Of a stretch of 64,000 bases of DNA, positions 30,195 to 39,400 are shown piece after piece. The stretch is from a virus, in IMG/VR virus record IMGVR_UViG_3300023174_000063. One strand, 5' to 3'. The notes beneath the pieces were generated by a model that searched no databases, had not been told where the DNA came from, and worked only from the letters and a program-made list of their open reading frames with translations. A program made the position numbers and the translations under genes. The stretch's first letter is position 1, and each line of letters starts with the position of its first letter.

Positions 30195-31154
30195 TTGTCT
30201 GATTCTAAGTTTGAGTCGCTTGTTAGTGCTCTGCTAGAGCAGCGTAAATTTTCAGATCTTTTCTATGACACCAAGAACATGTCTGAGTCGGAGCGAGAAG
30301 AGTCTTTGCGCCGACTAGCCTTGTGTGCACACACAGCTGTCTCAGACATCGTCTCTTCTGTCAACTTTAAGTCGCATCTCAAGACGCATCAGCATGTCGA
30401 CCATGCGAAGATGCTCTACAAGACAGTTGATCTTTTTAGGTACACATTGGCAGTACTCAATCTTTGGGATATTGACCCACAAAAGTTTGTAGATGCGTGT
30501 GATATCAAGAACAATTTTCTTCATATGCGTCACCGTTTAGATTCAGCGCCATGGGACGGTCGTCCTGTTGTTGTGTTTGATTGCGATGATGTAATTGCAA
30601 AGTTTAGAAGTCATTTTGATAATTTTCTCGAGAAGAAGTGGTCGATCCCACTAAACCCTGACTCTAACGAGTATTACAATAACGCAGGTCTTGTTGAGGC
30701 AGGTCTAAATCCCGAGATTGCATTTAGAGACTTCTTGAGCTCTGGGCAGATGCGAGAGCTTAAAGTAAATACAAATGTAGCAGACGCAATGAGAATTCTC
30801 TCTGATAGAGGTTACTGGATCCAAATTTTGACTGCTCGTCCTGCTGAGAGCCTTAATTGCTTCTATGACACATTTCACTGGATTGAAAAGAATGGAATTC
30901 CATGCAATGCCGTTGGATTTAGTTCTGAAAAGTACAGGTGGGTAAGCGAGCAACAGTTCTACATGGACGGCAAAATGGTCTGTGCAGTCGATGACTCTCC
31001 TAAGCATGCTGCCGAGTTTGCAGCGCATGGAGTGAAAGCCATAATGCCTGCTATGCCTTACAATGCACATGTCAAAAACTCTGACACGCTCGAGCGAGTA
31101 GACTTTTCTCTGCTGAGCGCTGATGAAATTGTCAAGCTTATTGTCGATCTTTAA
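30195..31154 (+). CDS. Fusion: degenerate MazG/dUTPase-like domain + HAD 5'(3')-deoxynucleotidase (NT5C-like)
   Basis: TTG start with AAGGAG; N-half parallels 29807 protein but lacks the acidic ligands; C-half has FDCDDVI, ILTAR, K, AVDDSP. Confidence 0.75.
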   Translation: MSDSKFESLVSALLEQRKFSDLFYDTKNMSESEREESLRRLALCAHTAVSDIVSSVNFKSHLKTHQHVDHAKMLYKTVDLFRYTLAVLNLWDIDPQKFVDACDIKNNFLHMRHRLDSAPWDGRPVVVFDCDDVIAKFRSHFDNFLEKKWSIPLNPDSNEYYNNAGLVEAGLNPEIAFRDFLSSGQMRELKVNTNVADAMRILSDRGYWIQILTARPAESLNCFYDTFHWIEKNGIPCNAVGFSSEKYRWVSEQQFYMDGKMVCAVDDSPKHAAEFAAHGVKAIMPAMPYNAHVKNSDTLERVDFSLLSADEIVKLIVDL

Positions 31155-31164
31155 TAGACTCTTT

Positions 31165-31193
31165 GTGTAAAATTCGAAGAGTTGTGCTACAAT
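31165..31193 (+). promoter_or_regulatory. Promoter GTGTAA-N17-TACAAT upstream of the ThyX-like gene
   Basis: Same boxes and spacer as at 24999 and 35356. Confidence 0.7.
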
Positions 31194-31214
31194 ATTAAAA
31201 AACGAGGAGTAGTG

Positions 31215-32195
31215 ATGCCAATTAATCATGATCTAGAGCCGATTGTTCTTCCTATGGAGCTTAAGTTTGGTCGTCCTGTCAAGACAGAATATCACAATGC
31301 ACTTGATGCACTCAAGGTTGAGCTTGTTGATGCGCCTACTCGACAGCAGGCTTGGAATGTTGCTTGGCACTTTGTAAAAGCCACATGGGCAGATCGACCT
31401 GATATTGACCCGGGTAGCGCAACACCGCATGAACTCTCTAAGAATCTTGAGGATGTCTTTGGTGGCAGGACTCTTCCTGCTCCAATGGAGTGCCTAGGCT
31501 TCACCTTCCGGCTAAGCGGTCTATCCTTCCAGGACGTAACCCACATTATTCGTCACCGTGCTGGAACATTTGCGGCACAGTGTACGGGCGACAGAGACCT
31601 GAGAGATGACGATGCTGTAATTCCCGAGCCGGTGCAAAACTCGCCAGAGTTTCTCGAGCGCTGGAAGAAGATCGTCGATGAATCGAAGCAGCTTTATGCT
31701 GATATGACAGACTCGAAGGTCGTCTCGATGATGGATGCTCGCCTCATTCTTCCAAAGTGCATGACGTCTTTCTACTATATGCGTCTGCCACTCAAGGATC
31801 TCATCGGCTTTATCTACCAGCGCCAGGATAGGCAGATTCAAACAGCTGCCGACAATATCCTTGCAGTCAGAATGGCAGTTGAAGTTGCAAAGGTTTTGCC
31901 CGAGTTTACAGCTCTCGTCGACTTCAATAAGCCCGATATGCACTACATTAAGACATTCCGAGTCAAGGAGGGCGATAAGTTTGTATCTCGTGGTACAAAC
32001 CTCTACTGGCCTGAGCCCAAGAATGATAAGTTCGACTTTCACCCTGAGGACACGATCTATCAATGTAGGAGAGAAGAGCTTAATGGAACACACGGCGACG
32101 GTGAACAGAAGAAGTTCCTCCAGCACTGGAACAGCGGTGTCGCAGAGTTTGATGAGATTAAGACAAATTACGCATCATGGAAGGCAGGTAAGTAA
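31215..32195 (+). CDS. thyX: Atypical flavin-dependent thymidylate synthase (ThyX/Thy1)-like protein
   Basis: PMEC.GFTF; HIIRHRAGTFAAQCTGDR; DARLILP; GFIYQR; start moved to ATG 31215 after GAGGAG SD. Confidence 0.8.
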   Translation: MPINHDLEPIVLPMELKFGRPVKTEYHNALDALKVELVDAPTRQQAWNVAWHFVKATWADRPDIDPGSATPHELSKNLEDVFGGRTLPAPMECLGFTFRLSGLSFQDVTHIIRHRAGTFAAQCTGDRDLRDDDAVIPEPVQNSPEFLERWKKIVDESKQLYADMTDSKVVSMMDARLILPKCMTSFYYMRLPLKDLIGFIYQRQDRQIQTAADNILAVRMAVEVAKVLPEFTALVDFNKPDMHYIKTFRVKEGDKFVSRGTNLYWPEPKNDKFDFHPEDTIYQCRREELNGTHGDGEQKKFLQHWNSGVAEFDEIKTNYASWKAGK

Positions 32196-32659
32196 TGAGT
32201 TTCGAAAGAAAGCAGTCAGTCTATCTCGCTAGCGGTTGGTTTTCTCCCGACCAGGACAAACAGCTCACAAAGCTCGAGAAGCTCTTTGATGATCGTTCAA
32301 GCTGGATTAATCTTGCATCTCCTCGTCGAATCTTTGTCTGCCCGCCTGACGCATCTCTTGAGGTGCAAGACAATGTTTTCAAGGGCAACATGAAGCATAT
32401 CAGAGAGTGCGATTTTACTCTTGTCAATACAACTTATCGTGATATTGGCACGATTTGGGAAGCCGGCGCTGCATTTGCGCTTGATCGAAAGATCATTTAC
32501 TTTTGTGAGAACCTGCCTGCCGGCGCAAAGTTCAATCTAATGCTTTCACGAAGCGGAATTAAGGTTTGTACAACTTTTGAACAACTTGAAGACTACCTCA
32601 ATCGATGTGAAGCAGCAGGTGAGCTTCTATATGAGCCGTACGACAAGGAAATTGAGTGA
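32195..32659 (+). CDS. Nucleoside 2-deoxyribosyltransferase / dNMP N-glycosidase (NDT/DNPH1/MilB family)
   Basis: VYLASGWFS; SP; DIGTIWEAG (catalytic Glu); FNLML. Confidence 0.85.
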   Translation: MSFERKQSVYLASGWFSPDQDKQLTKLEKLFDDRSSWINLASPRRIFVCPPDASLEVQDNVFKGNMKHIRECDFTLVNTTYRDIGTIWEAGAAFALDRKIIYFCENLPAGAKFNLMLSRSGIKVCTTFEQLEDYLNRCEAAGELLYEPYDKEIE

Positions 32660-32713
32660 GATTCGTCGATCTAAAACTGATCACAAAGTGCTATTGAACA
32701 CAGGAGATGGTAG

Positions 32714-33697
32714 ATGAACGTTTTTATCACAGGACATAATGGATTTATCGCTATCAATCTTGTGAGCGCCTTCAAAAGACTTGGTCATAAAGTCATTAAT
32801 TTTAATGAGGCACGAAATCGTCTCATCACAAACAGCAAGGGAGAGCCATGTGTCTATCAAAATAGCGAAGATGCATGGCACCAATTTTTTCTAGACACAA
32901 AGACTGATGTTATTGTGCACAATGCAGCGCTAGTAGGCACTGATGTTGTGGCACTAAACCCAGAAGAATCTACACTGAGCAATGTCATGGGTACTCACAC
33001 AATTTGTCGCGTCGCACGAAAAGCTTCTATCCCTGTGTGCTATCTGGGCACATCAGTCATCTATGACACTCCTAAGTACCAGAACGCTGCGATTACTGAG
33101 AGAAGTGAACAGCGTCCAGGCACTTTTTATGGGGTACAGAAGTTGGCCGGAGAACATATAGTCATGTCAACTGCGTCTGAGTGGCTCATCATGCGACCAC
33201 TTTTTGCTTATGGCGGCTTAGGCGATATGAACTCTCTTCCTGCAAAGACATTTTATGCACAGCATCGAGGCGTTGCCAGCATTCCAATGTTTCTAGATCC
33301 TGAAAAGTCAAAAGACTACATGCATGTTGAAGACTTTTGTGATGCAGTTGCGCTAGGGTGCGATGCAGGTCTTTGGCAGCAAGATTTTAATATTTCAGCT
33401 GAGCTGCCACTCAAGACAGGTGAAATCGTCAACCTGATGTCGTCTGTTTGTGGCCATGACTTGGAAAAGATTATTAAGTGGCACCCAGAGACGGATTACC
33501 TTGGAAATCATATTCTTTCATCAGAAAAATTTAGGAAAGCTACTACTTGGACACCTAAATTTACATTAGCCAAAGGGCTGAAGCAGTCATGGGAAAGTAT
33601 CCTCGGCGCCTCTAGTCAGTACAACCCTCTGACGTATTTGGATGAAGCTGAAAAAAGAGGAGTGGATCTAGTTCAATATTTTCCAAAGAGTACGTGA
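32714..33697 (+). CDS. NAD-dependent epimerase/dehydratase (extended SDR)
   Basis: ITGHNGFIA; HNAA; GTSVIY; YGVQK (YxxxK); DYMHVED. Confidence 0.88.
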   Translation: MNVFITGHNGFIAINLVSAFKRLGHKVINFNEARNRLITNSKGEPCVYQNSEDAWHQFFLDTKTDVIVHNAALVGTDVVALNPEESTLSNVMGTHTICRVARKASIPVCYLGTSVIYDTPKYQNAAITERSEQRPGTFYGVQKLAGEHIVMSTASEWLIMRPLFAYGGLGDMNSLPAKTFYAQHRGVASIPMFLDPEKSKDYMHVEDFCDAVALGCDAGLWQQDFNISAELPLKTGEIVNLMSSVCGHDLEKIIKWHPETDYLGNHILSSEKFRKATTWTPKFTLAKGLKQSWESILGASSQYNPLTYLDEAEKRGVDLVQYFPKST

Positions 33698-33951
33698 ATG
33701 TGTCAAGATATCAACTAGAAGATGTGTTCCCAGTAGGCACTCTTCTTAAGCTTAGAGAAAAATATTCAGTACCAGAAAAATATCGCATAGGCCCGCCCAC
33801 GATATTTCTTGTTGTTGAATTGCTAGTTAGCCCAAATTCTCGTCGCCCCAATGACTCAGAGGTTGTGCTTCTTGCAGGTCAGGAAATTGTTAAATTTCCT
33901 ATCGGTACCTGCCTTGATGTTTTTGAAACTGTCTCTCATGAGACGCAATAA
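33694..33951 (+). CDS. Small hypothetical protein (SH3/KOW-like beta pattern)
   Basis: 4-nt overlap with the SDR gene; FPVGTLLKL...IFLVVE...VVLL. Confidence 0.6.
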   Translation: MNVSRYQLEDVFPVGTLLKLREKYSVPEKYRIGPPTIFLVVELLVSPNSRRPNDSEVVLLAGQEIVKFPIGTCLDVFETVSHETQ

Positions 33952-33970
33952 TTAAGAGAGGTCTAAATTA

Positions 33971-34249
33971 ATGCGCAATAAGCCTTGTAAAAATTGTAGC
34001 TGTACGCCACAAGAGAGCAGCACATGTCCTACGTGTGAGCTAATACTCAGCGAGTATATGTTCGCTGAAAATGAGACTCTCACCAAAGATGCGATGTTGC
34101 TGAAAATTTCAGCTCTACAGCTTGAGGTTTCAAGGCTTCTTGATCTAATAGGCCGCAAAGATCCCGTTAGATGTCCTTCTTGCAATGAAATTCGTGAGCG
34201 CCTAGAAAAAACATGCGGTAATTGTTTACACGAATTAGGCACGCTATAA
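33971..34249 (+). CDS. Cys-rich protein with four CxxC motifs (double zinc-ribbon-like)
   Basis: CKNC, CPTC, CPSC, CGNC flanking a helical linker; GAGG SD. Confidence 0.65.
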   Translation: MRNKPCKNCSCTPQESSTCPTCELILSEYMFAENETLTKDAMLLKISALQLEVSRLLDLIGRKDPVRCPSCNEIRERLEKTCGNCLHELGTL

Positions 34250-34279
34250 TCATTTTTTTATATCAGAATAGTGTAGAGA

Positions 34280-34286
34280 ATATTTA
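34280..34286 (+). promoter_or_regulatory. Putative late promoter motif ATATTTA
   Basis: Upstream of the 34324 gene, which carries the LAG tag. Confidence 0.45.
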
Positions 34287-34323
34287 CGCAGTATGACTAC
34301 TCTGCTGTGTGAGGAATTAAGCA

Positions 34324-35076
34324 ATGAAACTCTATCATGTTACGCCCGTTGAAAATGCCAAAAGTATTATTAAGACCGGAACGAAAAATAACACTAAACA
34401 CAAATTTAACCGTGGTGCTTTTTATTTTTTTTGTAGCTTGAGACATGCAATAAGTCATGCCGTCGCTGAGGAAAATGAACACCGCGGAAAAAACCTATGT
34501 ATACTGCAATTTGAAATGGAGCCAGACCCTGCAAATTTCAATATTGACACTGAAGCTAGTTACGAGTTTATTCACGCCTGGATCCGAAAGAATTCAGAAG
34601 AAATTTCTAGAGTTACCGGTTATAAATTAATGGAGCCGGCTAGTAAATTAACCGATAAATTTTCAGATGATCGAGAAGCGCCCCGATGGTTGTATAACCC
34701 AGACCCAAATAGACCTCCATCGGACCCGCGCTACGCCGCGCGCGGCCTCGTCGGCATGTCGTCGACGTACGACATAAAAATACCGCCCGACGACCCTTTT
34801 TTTTCTGCAAAAAAGGAAGACGCCGTAAAGGACAGATTATATGCATTTATTAGTAGCTTTCCACAGCTAGAGGCGTCAATGGAAAAATTTGCATTTGATC
34901 ACCCCCGGGTACGTAATGGTGAAGTTAGGCTAGCACTTGCATATTTTGGTCCGCCAGTCTTTCCAGAGAAAGTATTGTCACCCGAGGGAGCTGAAATACA
35001 GCTGCAGCAAGAAGGGTTTGCTAGCAGAAAAATAGTCGTTGAAAGATGGCAGCGTCTAGCTGGAATCTTAAAGTAG
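34324..35076 (+). CDS. ADP-ribosyltransferase-fold-like protein with C-terminal RWQRLAGI tag
   Basis: MKLYHVT....SIIKTG...GAFYF...A..HA is the HxT/YF pattern of PARP/Tpt1-like ART folds; ends IVVERWQRLAGILK. Confidence 0.5.
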   Translation: MKLYHVTPVENAKSIIKTGTKNNTKHKFNRGAFYFFCSLRHAISHAVAEENEHRGKNLCILQFEMEPDPANFNIDTEASYEFIHAWIRKNSEEISRVTGYKLMEPASKLTDKFSDDREAPRWLYNPDPNRPPSDPRYAARGLVGMSSTYDIKIPPDDPFFSAKKEDAVKDRLYAFISSFPQLEASMEKFAFDHPRVRNGEVRLALAYFGPPVFPEKVLSPEGAEIQLQQEGFASRKIVVERWQRLAGILK

Positions 35077-35099
35077 ACATAATAAAACGCAAGGATCAT

Positions 35100-35330
35100 A
35101 TGAAAATTTGGGAGAGACATATTGAATTGATGAAGAGCGAGCGCAAAGAAAGAGAAAAGCTTTTAGAGCCACTTCGCGAAAAGTATGATGCTCTTTATCG
35201 CGCTTTGCAAGCAGAATGCTCTCAGATTGGACACGAATGGCATTTTAGTCACTTTAATGTGGGATCTGATGCATGCTATAAGTGCAATTTTTGCGGCGTA
35301 GGCAGAGTTGAAAAGCGCTCAGTGGAGTAG
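35100..35330 (+). CDS. Hypothetical protein, coiled coil plus CxxxxH/CxxC Zn motif
   Basis: ATG 35100 after AAGGA; ECSQIGHEW...YKCNFCG. Confidence 0.65.
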   Translation: MKIWERHIELMKSERKEREKLLEPLREKYDALYRALQAECSQIGHEWHFSHFNVGSDACYKCNFCGVGRVEKRSVE

Positions 35331-35355
35331 TAAATTTACTAAAAGCCTACACGTC

Positions 35356-35384
35356 GTGTAATGATTTGCTTTGCATGCTACAAT
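35356..35384 (+). promoter_or_regulatory. Promoter GTGTAA-N17-TACAAT
   Basis: Recurrent motif; TGn extended -10. Confidence 0.7.
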
Positions 35385-35402
35385 TAGCCTTAGAGGTAGA
35401 TT

Positions 35403-35630
35403 ATGACATGTCACTGCGGTGAGAGCGGTTACTATCATTGCTCTGAACTCAGAGCCAGCCTAGATGAAGCAAAGAAGCTGATCAAACTAATTGTTGGATC
35501 AGGTTGTCTAGAAGGCTGGAACAAAGATCGTCCTGAAGAATTTGCACAGGACATTTATACAGAATGCGAAAGAGTCTTGTCTCTTCCCACAGAGATTCAA
35601 AGCTGCAACGAAGAAGACGAACACGTCTAA
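35403..35630 (+). CDS. Hypothetical protein
   Basis: GAGGT SD; downstream of promoter. Confidence 0.65.
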   Translation: MTCHCGESGYYHCSELRASLDEAKKLIKLIVGSGCLEGWNKDRPEEFAQDIYTECERVLSLPTEIQSCNEEDEHV

Positions 35631-35641
35631 GGAGGTTCTCT

Positions 35642-35923
35642 ATGAGCGGCGGACATTTTAATAGTCATGGGTACATTTACTACCGAGTCAGAGAATTTGC
35701 AGATGAGCTTGAGAACGATATTGAAAACAACGACAAGGAAGACGAGTGTGGTTACGCTCCCAGGTTTAGCGAAGAGACTCTTGCAATATTGAGAGAAAAT
35801 GTTGAGCTCTTGAGGGCAGTCGCCGAACGAATGCGTCATATCGATTACCTGTACTCAGGCGATCACGGAGAAGACTCTTTTAAAGAACACATGAATGAAT
35901 TGGCCTCTCGCGGAGATTCATGA
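35642..35923 (+). CDS. Hypothetical protein (MSGGHF...DYLYSGD..EDSF type)
   Basis: AAGGAGG SD before ATG 35642. Confidence 0.75.
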   Translation: MSGGHFNSHGYIYYRVREFADELENDIENNDKEDECGYAPRFSEETLAILRENVELLRAVAERMRHIDYLYSGDHGEDSFKEHMNELASRGDS

Positions 35924-36159
35924 TGTCTGTTCGGGACGTTGAGTTATACCATGCAAGTCTTTTTACTCCCGGTGATCTCTTCCATCTCAAATTAGATTTG
36001 TTGACGAATACAAATACTGATTTTTTTGTGGCGCCCCCCGGTTCAGCTGTTTTGGTAATTAACAAAGTAAACGCTGAAGGCACTGTCATAGACGTGCTGA
36101 TTGAAGGGCATATGTGCAGACTTTCTGCCTCTCATCTCGCAGAAGCTCTGTGCGTATGA
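35920..36159 (+). CDS. Small beta-barrel-like hypothetical protein, paralog A
   Basis: ATGA overlaps at both ends; FTPGDL...GSAVLVINK...VIDVLIEG. Confidence 0.65.
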   Translation: MMSVRDVELYHASLFTPGDLFHLKLDLLTNTNTDFFVAPPGSAVLVINKVNAEGTVIDVLIEGHMCRLSASHLAEALCV

Positions 36160-36383
36160 TAAAACGAAAGATTCCTGGTGACAGTTATAAGATGACTCTC
36201 CCATTCGAGCCAGGCACAGTCTGGTATCTCGCAGATAAAATACCCTTAGATGAACATGTTATTGAGAAGGGTGCAACTGTTCTAGTTCTGCATAAGCAGC
36301 GAAATGTAGTTGACACGCTAATTGAAGGTCAAATACTACGCTGGGATGTGTGGTCATTGTCTGATGCAGTACGTATCGTGTAA
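36156..36383 (+). CDS. Small beta-barrel-like hypothetical protein, paralog B
   Basis: ATGA overlap; FEPGTV...GATVLVLHK...VVDTLIEG. Confidence 0.65.
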   Translation: MIKRKIPGDSYKMTLPFEPGTVWYLADKIPLDEHVIEKGATVLVLHKQRNVVDTLIEGQILRWDVWSLSDAVRIV

Positions 36384-36406
36384 TTCTTGTGTGTTCGATG
36401 TATAAT
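36378..36406 (+). promoter_or_regulatory. Promoter GTGTAA-N17-TATAAT upstream of dnaE
   Basis: Perfect -10 box, 17-nt spacer. Confidence 0.75.
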
Positions 36407-36434
36407 AAGCTTATAAGCAAAGCATGGAGAAAAT

Positions 36435-39400
36435 ATGTCGTTTGACAGTGCAGCTCTACAAAATCTCTTGAAAATTTCACCGCCCAAGAACTTTACAGGG
36501 CTCCATTCACACTCGTCGTTTTCGACGTTCGATGGGCTCGGTTATCCAAAGGATCACATCGAGTTCATCACTAGCGAAGCACAGGGCATGGACTCGTGGG
36601 CACTGACTGACCACGGCAACGGCTCAGGCCTCGCACACGCTCGAGCTGCTGCTGTTAAGAAGCAAAAGTCAGGCAAGAAGTATCGCCAGCTTTACGGCGT
36701 TGAGTTCTATTTTGTTCCCTCACTTGATGAGTGGCAAAAGCAGATAGATGCCCACCAGCAGTCTGTAAAGGACGCAAAGTCTTCTCGCGAGGCACAGCTC
36801 CTCGCTGAGTCTCCCACAATCATCAAGCCTGCCGACGAGGATGATGAGCAGGGCGGTCACGTTATTGAAAACGAGGAGGAGACAAAGGAATCGAAGACAG
36901 ACAAGCCCGAGTGGAAGCGATACTACCACCTTGTTGTCATCGCCAAAAACAGAGTGGGTCTCGGCAATCTCTTCACGCTCGTAAAGAAGTCATTCAAGCA
37001 CGGCTTCTACCGATTCCCGAGAATCGATTATAAGATGTTGAAAGAGCACGGCGAAGGTCTTGTCGTCAGCACGGCATGTGTTGGCGGCCTTCCATCGTCG
37101 CTTATCTACCGCGAGTTTGCCGGCAAGTCTTTCAATGAACTTACGCCTGATCTCTTGACAGGACCTGCTGCAGAGGCTGCCGTCAAGAATATTCGCGGAC
37201 GTCTTGATAATATGGCAGATCGTTTTGTTGACTGCGTCGGCCGTGACAATTTCTTCCTGGAACTCCAGTTTAACGATCTTCCTGCACAGCATCTGACAAA
37301 TCAGTGTCTCATCGAGCTTTCGCAGCGCACAGGTCTTCCTCTTGTCGCAACGGCTGACTCACACTTCCCGTCTCCTGACAAGTGGCAGGCACGTGAGCTC
37401 TACAAGAAGCTTGGCTGGATTGGCGCAAAGCTTGACAAGACCATGATTCCCAAGCTCGAAGACATGAAGACGATGTTGTACCCGAAGAATGCCGAGCAGA
37501 TGTGGGAAGAGTTTAAGAAGGGCTACACACAGTACTCCTTCTATCAGGGTCATGAAGAACTAGTTCGTGATGCAATCGAGCGCACACACGATATTGCTTG
37601 GCAGAAGTGCGAAGACACCTGGGTCGACACCAGCGTCAAGCTCCCAATTCACCGCTTCGAGGACAAGACACCATTTCAGCGCCTTGTTGAGCTTGCAAAG
37701 GACCATCTCGCCCAGGAAGGTCTTGCTGACAATCCCGTCTATGTTGAGCGTCTCAAGGAGGAGCTTTCTGACATCAAGCATCTTGGTCATGAATCGTACT
37801 TCCTTACGATGTACGAGGTCTTCAAGCGCGCTGAGAAGCGTACGCTTATGGGTCCTGGTCGTGGCTCTGCTGCTGGTTCACTTCTAAACTTCCTGCTCGG
37901 CATCACACAGTTTGACCCACTTCCTTACGGTCTGCTTTGGGGTCGTTTTCTTGGGCGCTGGCGCGTCTCATATCCCGATATCGACACTGACGCTGCCAAT
38001 CGTGACATTCTTATTGATTCTGCACGAGAGCTCTACGGCGATGATGCGGTCATTCCAGTATCTAACTTCAATACTCTCAAGCTGAAGTCTCTGATCAAGG
38101 ACATCTCTAAGTTCTATGACGTGCCCTTCGAGGAGGTGAATGCCATGACTGGTCCCCTCCAGGACGAGGTCATGCCTCACGCTCGAGATGACGACCAGGA
38201 GAAGTCTGTGTTCGTCTTGAAGCACGAGGACTGCATGAAGTACTCAGAGGGCTACAGAACCTTCATGGAGAAATATCCTGACGTTGCGGCGCACGTAGAA
38301 ACGCTATTCATGGAGAATAGAAGCATCGGTCGTCACGCTGGCGGCGTCATTCTTGCAGATCCCACCGCGCTTGAGCAGTCAATGCCAATCATCAGTGTGC
38401 GCGGTGAACTCCAGACGCCGTGGACCGAGGGCATGAACTTTCGCAATCTTGAGGACAATGGATTCTTGAAGTTTGACTTCTTGGGTCTCACTCTCTTGAA
38501 GGACGTCGAGGACTGCATTGCTCGAATTCTGCGTCGTAGAGGCAATAAGAATCCCACCTTTGCGGACGTTAAGGCTTTCTTTGACGAGAACATTAACTGC
38601 CGCTATCACAAGCTTGACGACCCTGCTGTCTACAAGCACGTCTATCACCAGCGTCGCAAGACGGGCGTATTTCAGTTTACCAACGAGGGGGCTAGAAAGC
38701 TCTGTGAGGAGGCGCGCCCTTCATCCATCGAAGAGGTTGCAGCTATTACAGCAATTTATCGGCCGGGCCCCCTCAAGGCAAATGTGCACAGAAAGTACAT
38801 CAAGGCTCGTGAGGAGTTCGGCGCAGGTCGAATGAAGTTTGATCATCCTATTATTGAAGAAATTCTAGGACCTACTGCTGGATTCTTAATCTATCAGGAG
38901 CAGTTCATGGAGTTGGCTCGACGTCTGGGCGGCTTTACGAACGCAGAGTCAGATCAGCTTCGCAAGACTCTTGTTAAGAAGTCGCTGGATACTCTCGACA
39001 AGAAGGGTTCTGAGAAGGAGCTAGCAAAGCAGAAGTTCATCGAGGGCGCGCAGAAGCTCCACGGGTTGAGTCCTGCCATTACAGAGCCGCTCTGGCAGAC
39101 AATCGATTTCATGTCTGTATACTGCTTCAATAAGTCTCACAGCGTTTCTTATGCAATTGATTCTTACTACGCTGCATGGTTCCACACGCACTATGAGACT
39201 GATTGGCTGGCAACTTGTCTACAATCTGAGAATAATAATCCTGACGGTCTAGAGAAGACGATCACAGAGATTAAGTCGTACGGCTACAAGTTCATGCAAT
39301 CAGACATCAACTATTCAGGTGATGTGTGGATGTATTCTAATGAGCTCCAAGCATTTATTCCGCCTCTCAGCTCTGTCAAGGGTGTAGGAACCACTGCCAT

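Noticed and set aside
36720-36920. Possible intein in the DnaE PHP domain
   Set aside because: About 60-aa charged insertion with no C/S...HN splice motifs; no inteins or introns seen in nrdJ, helicase or recA either
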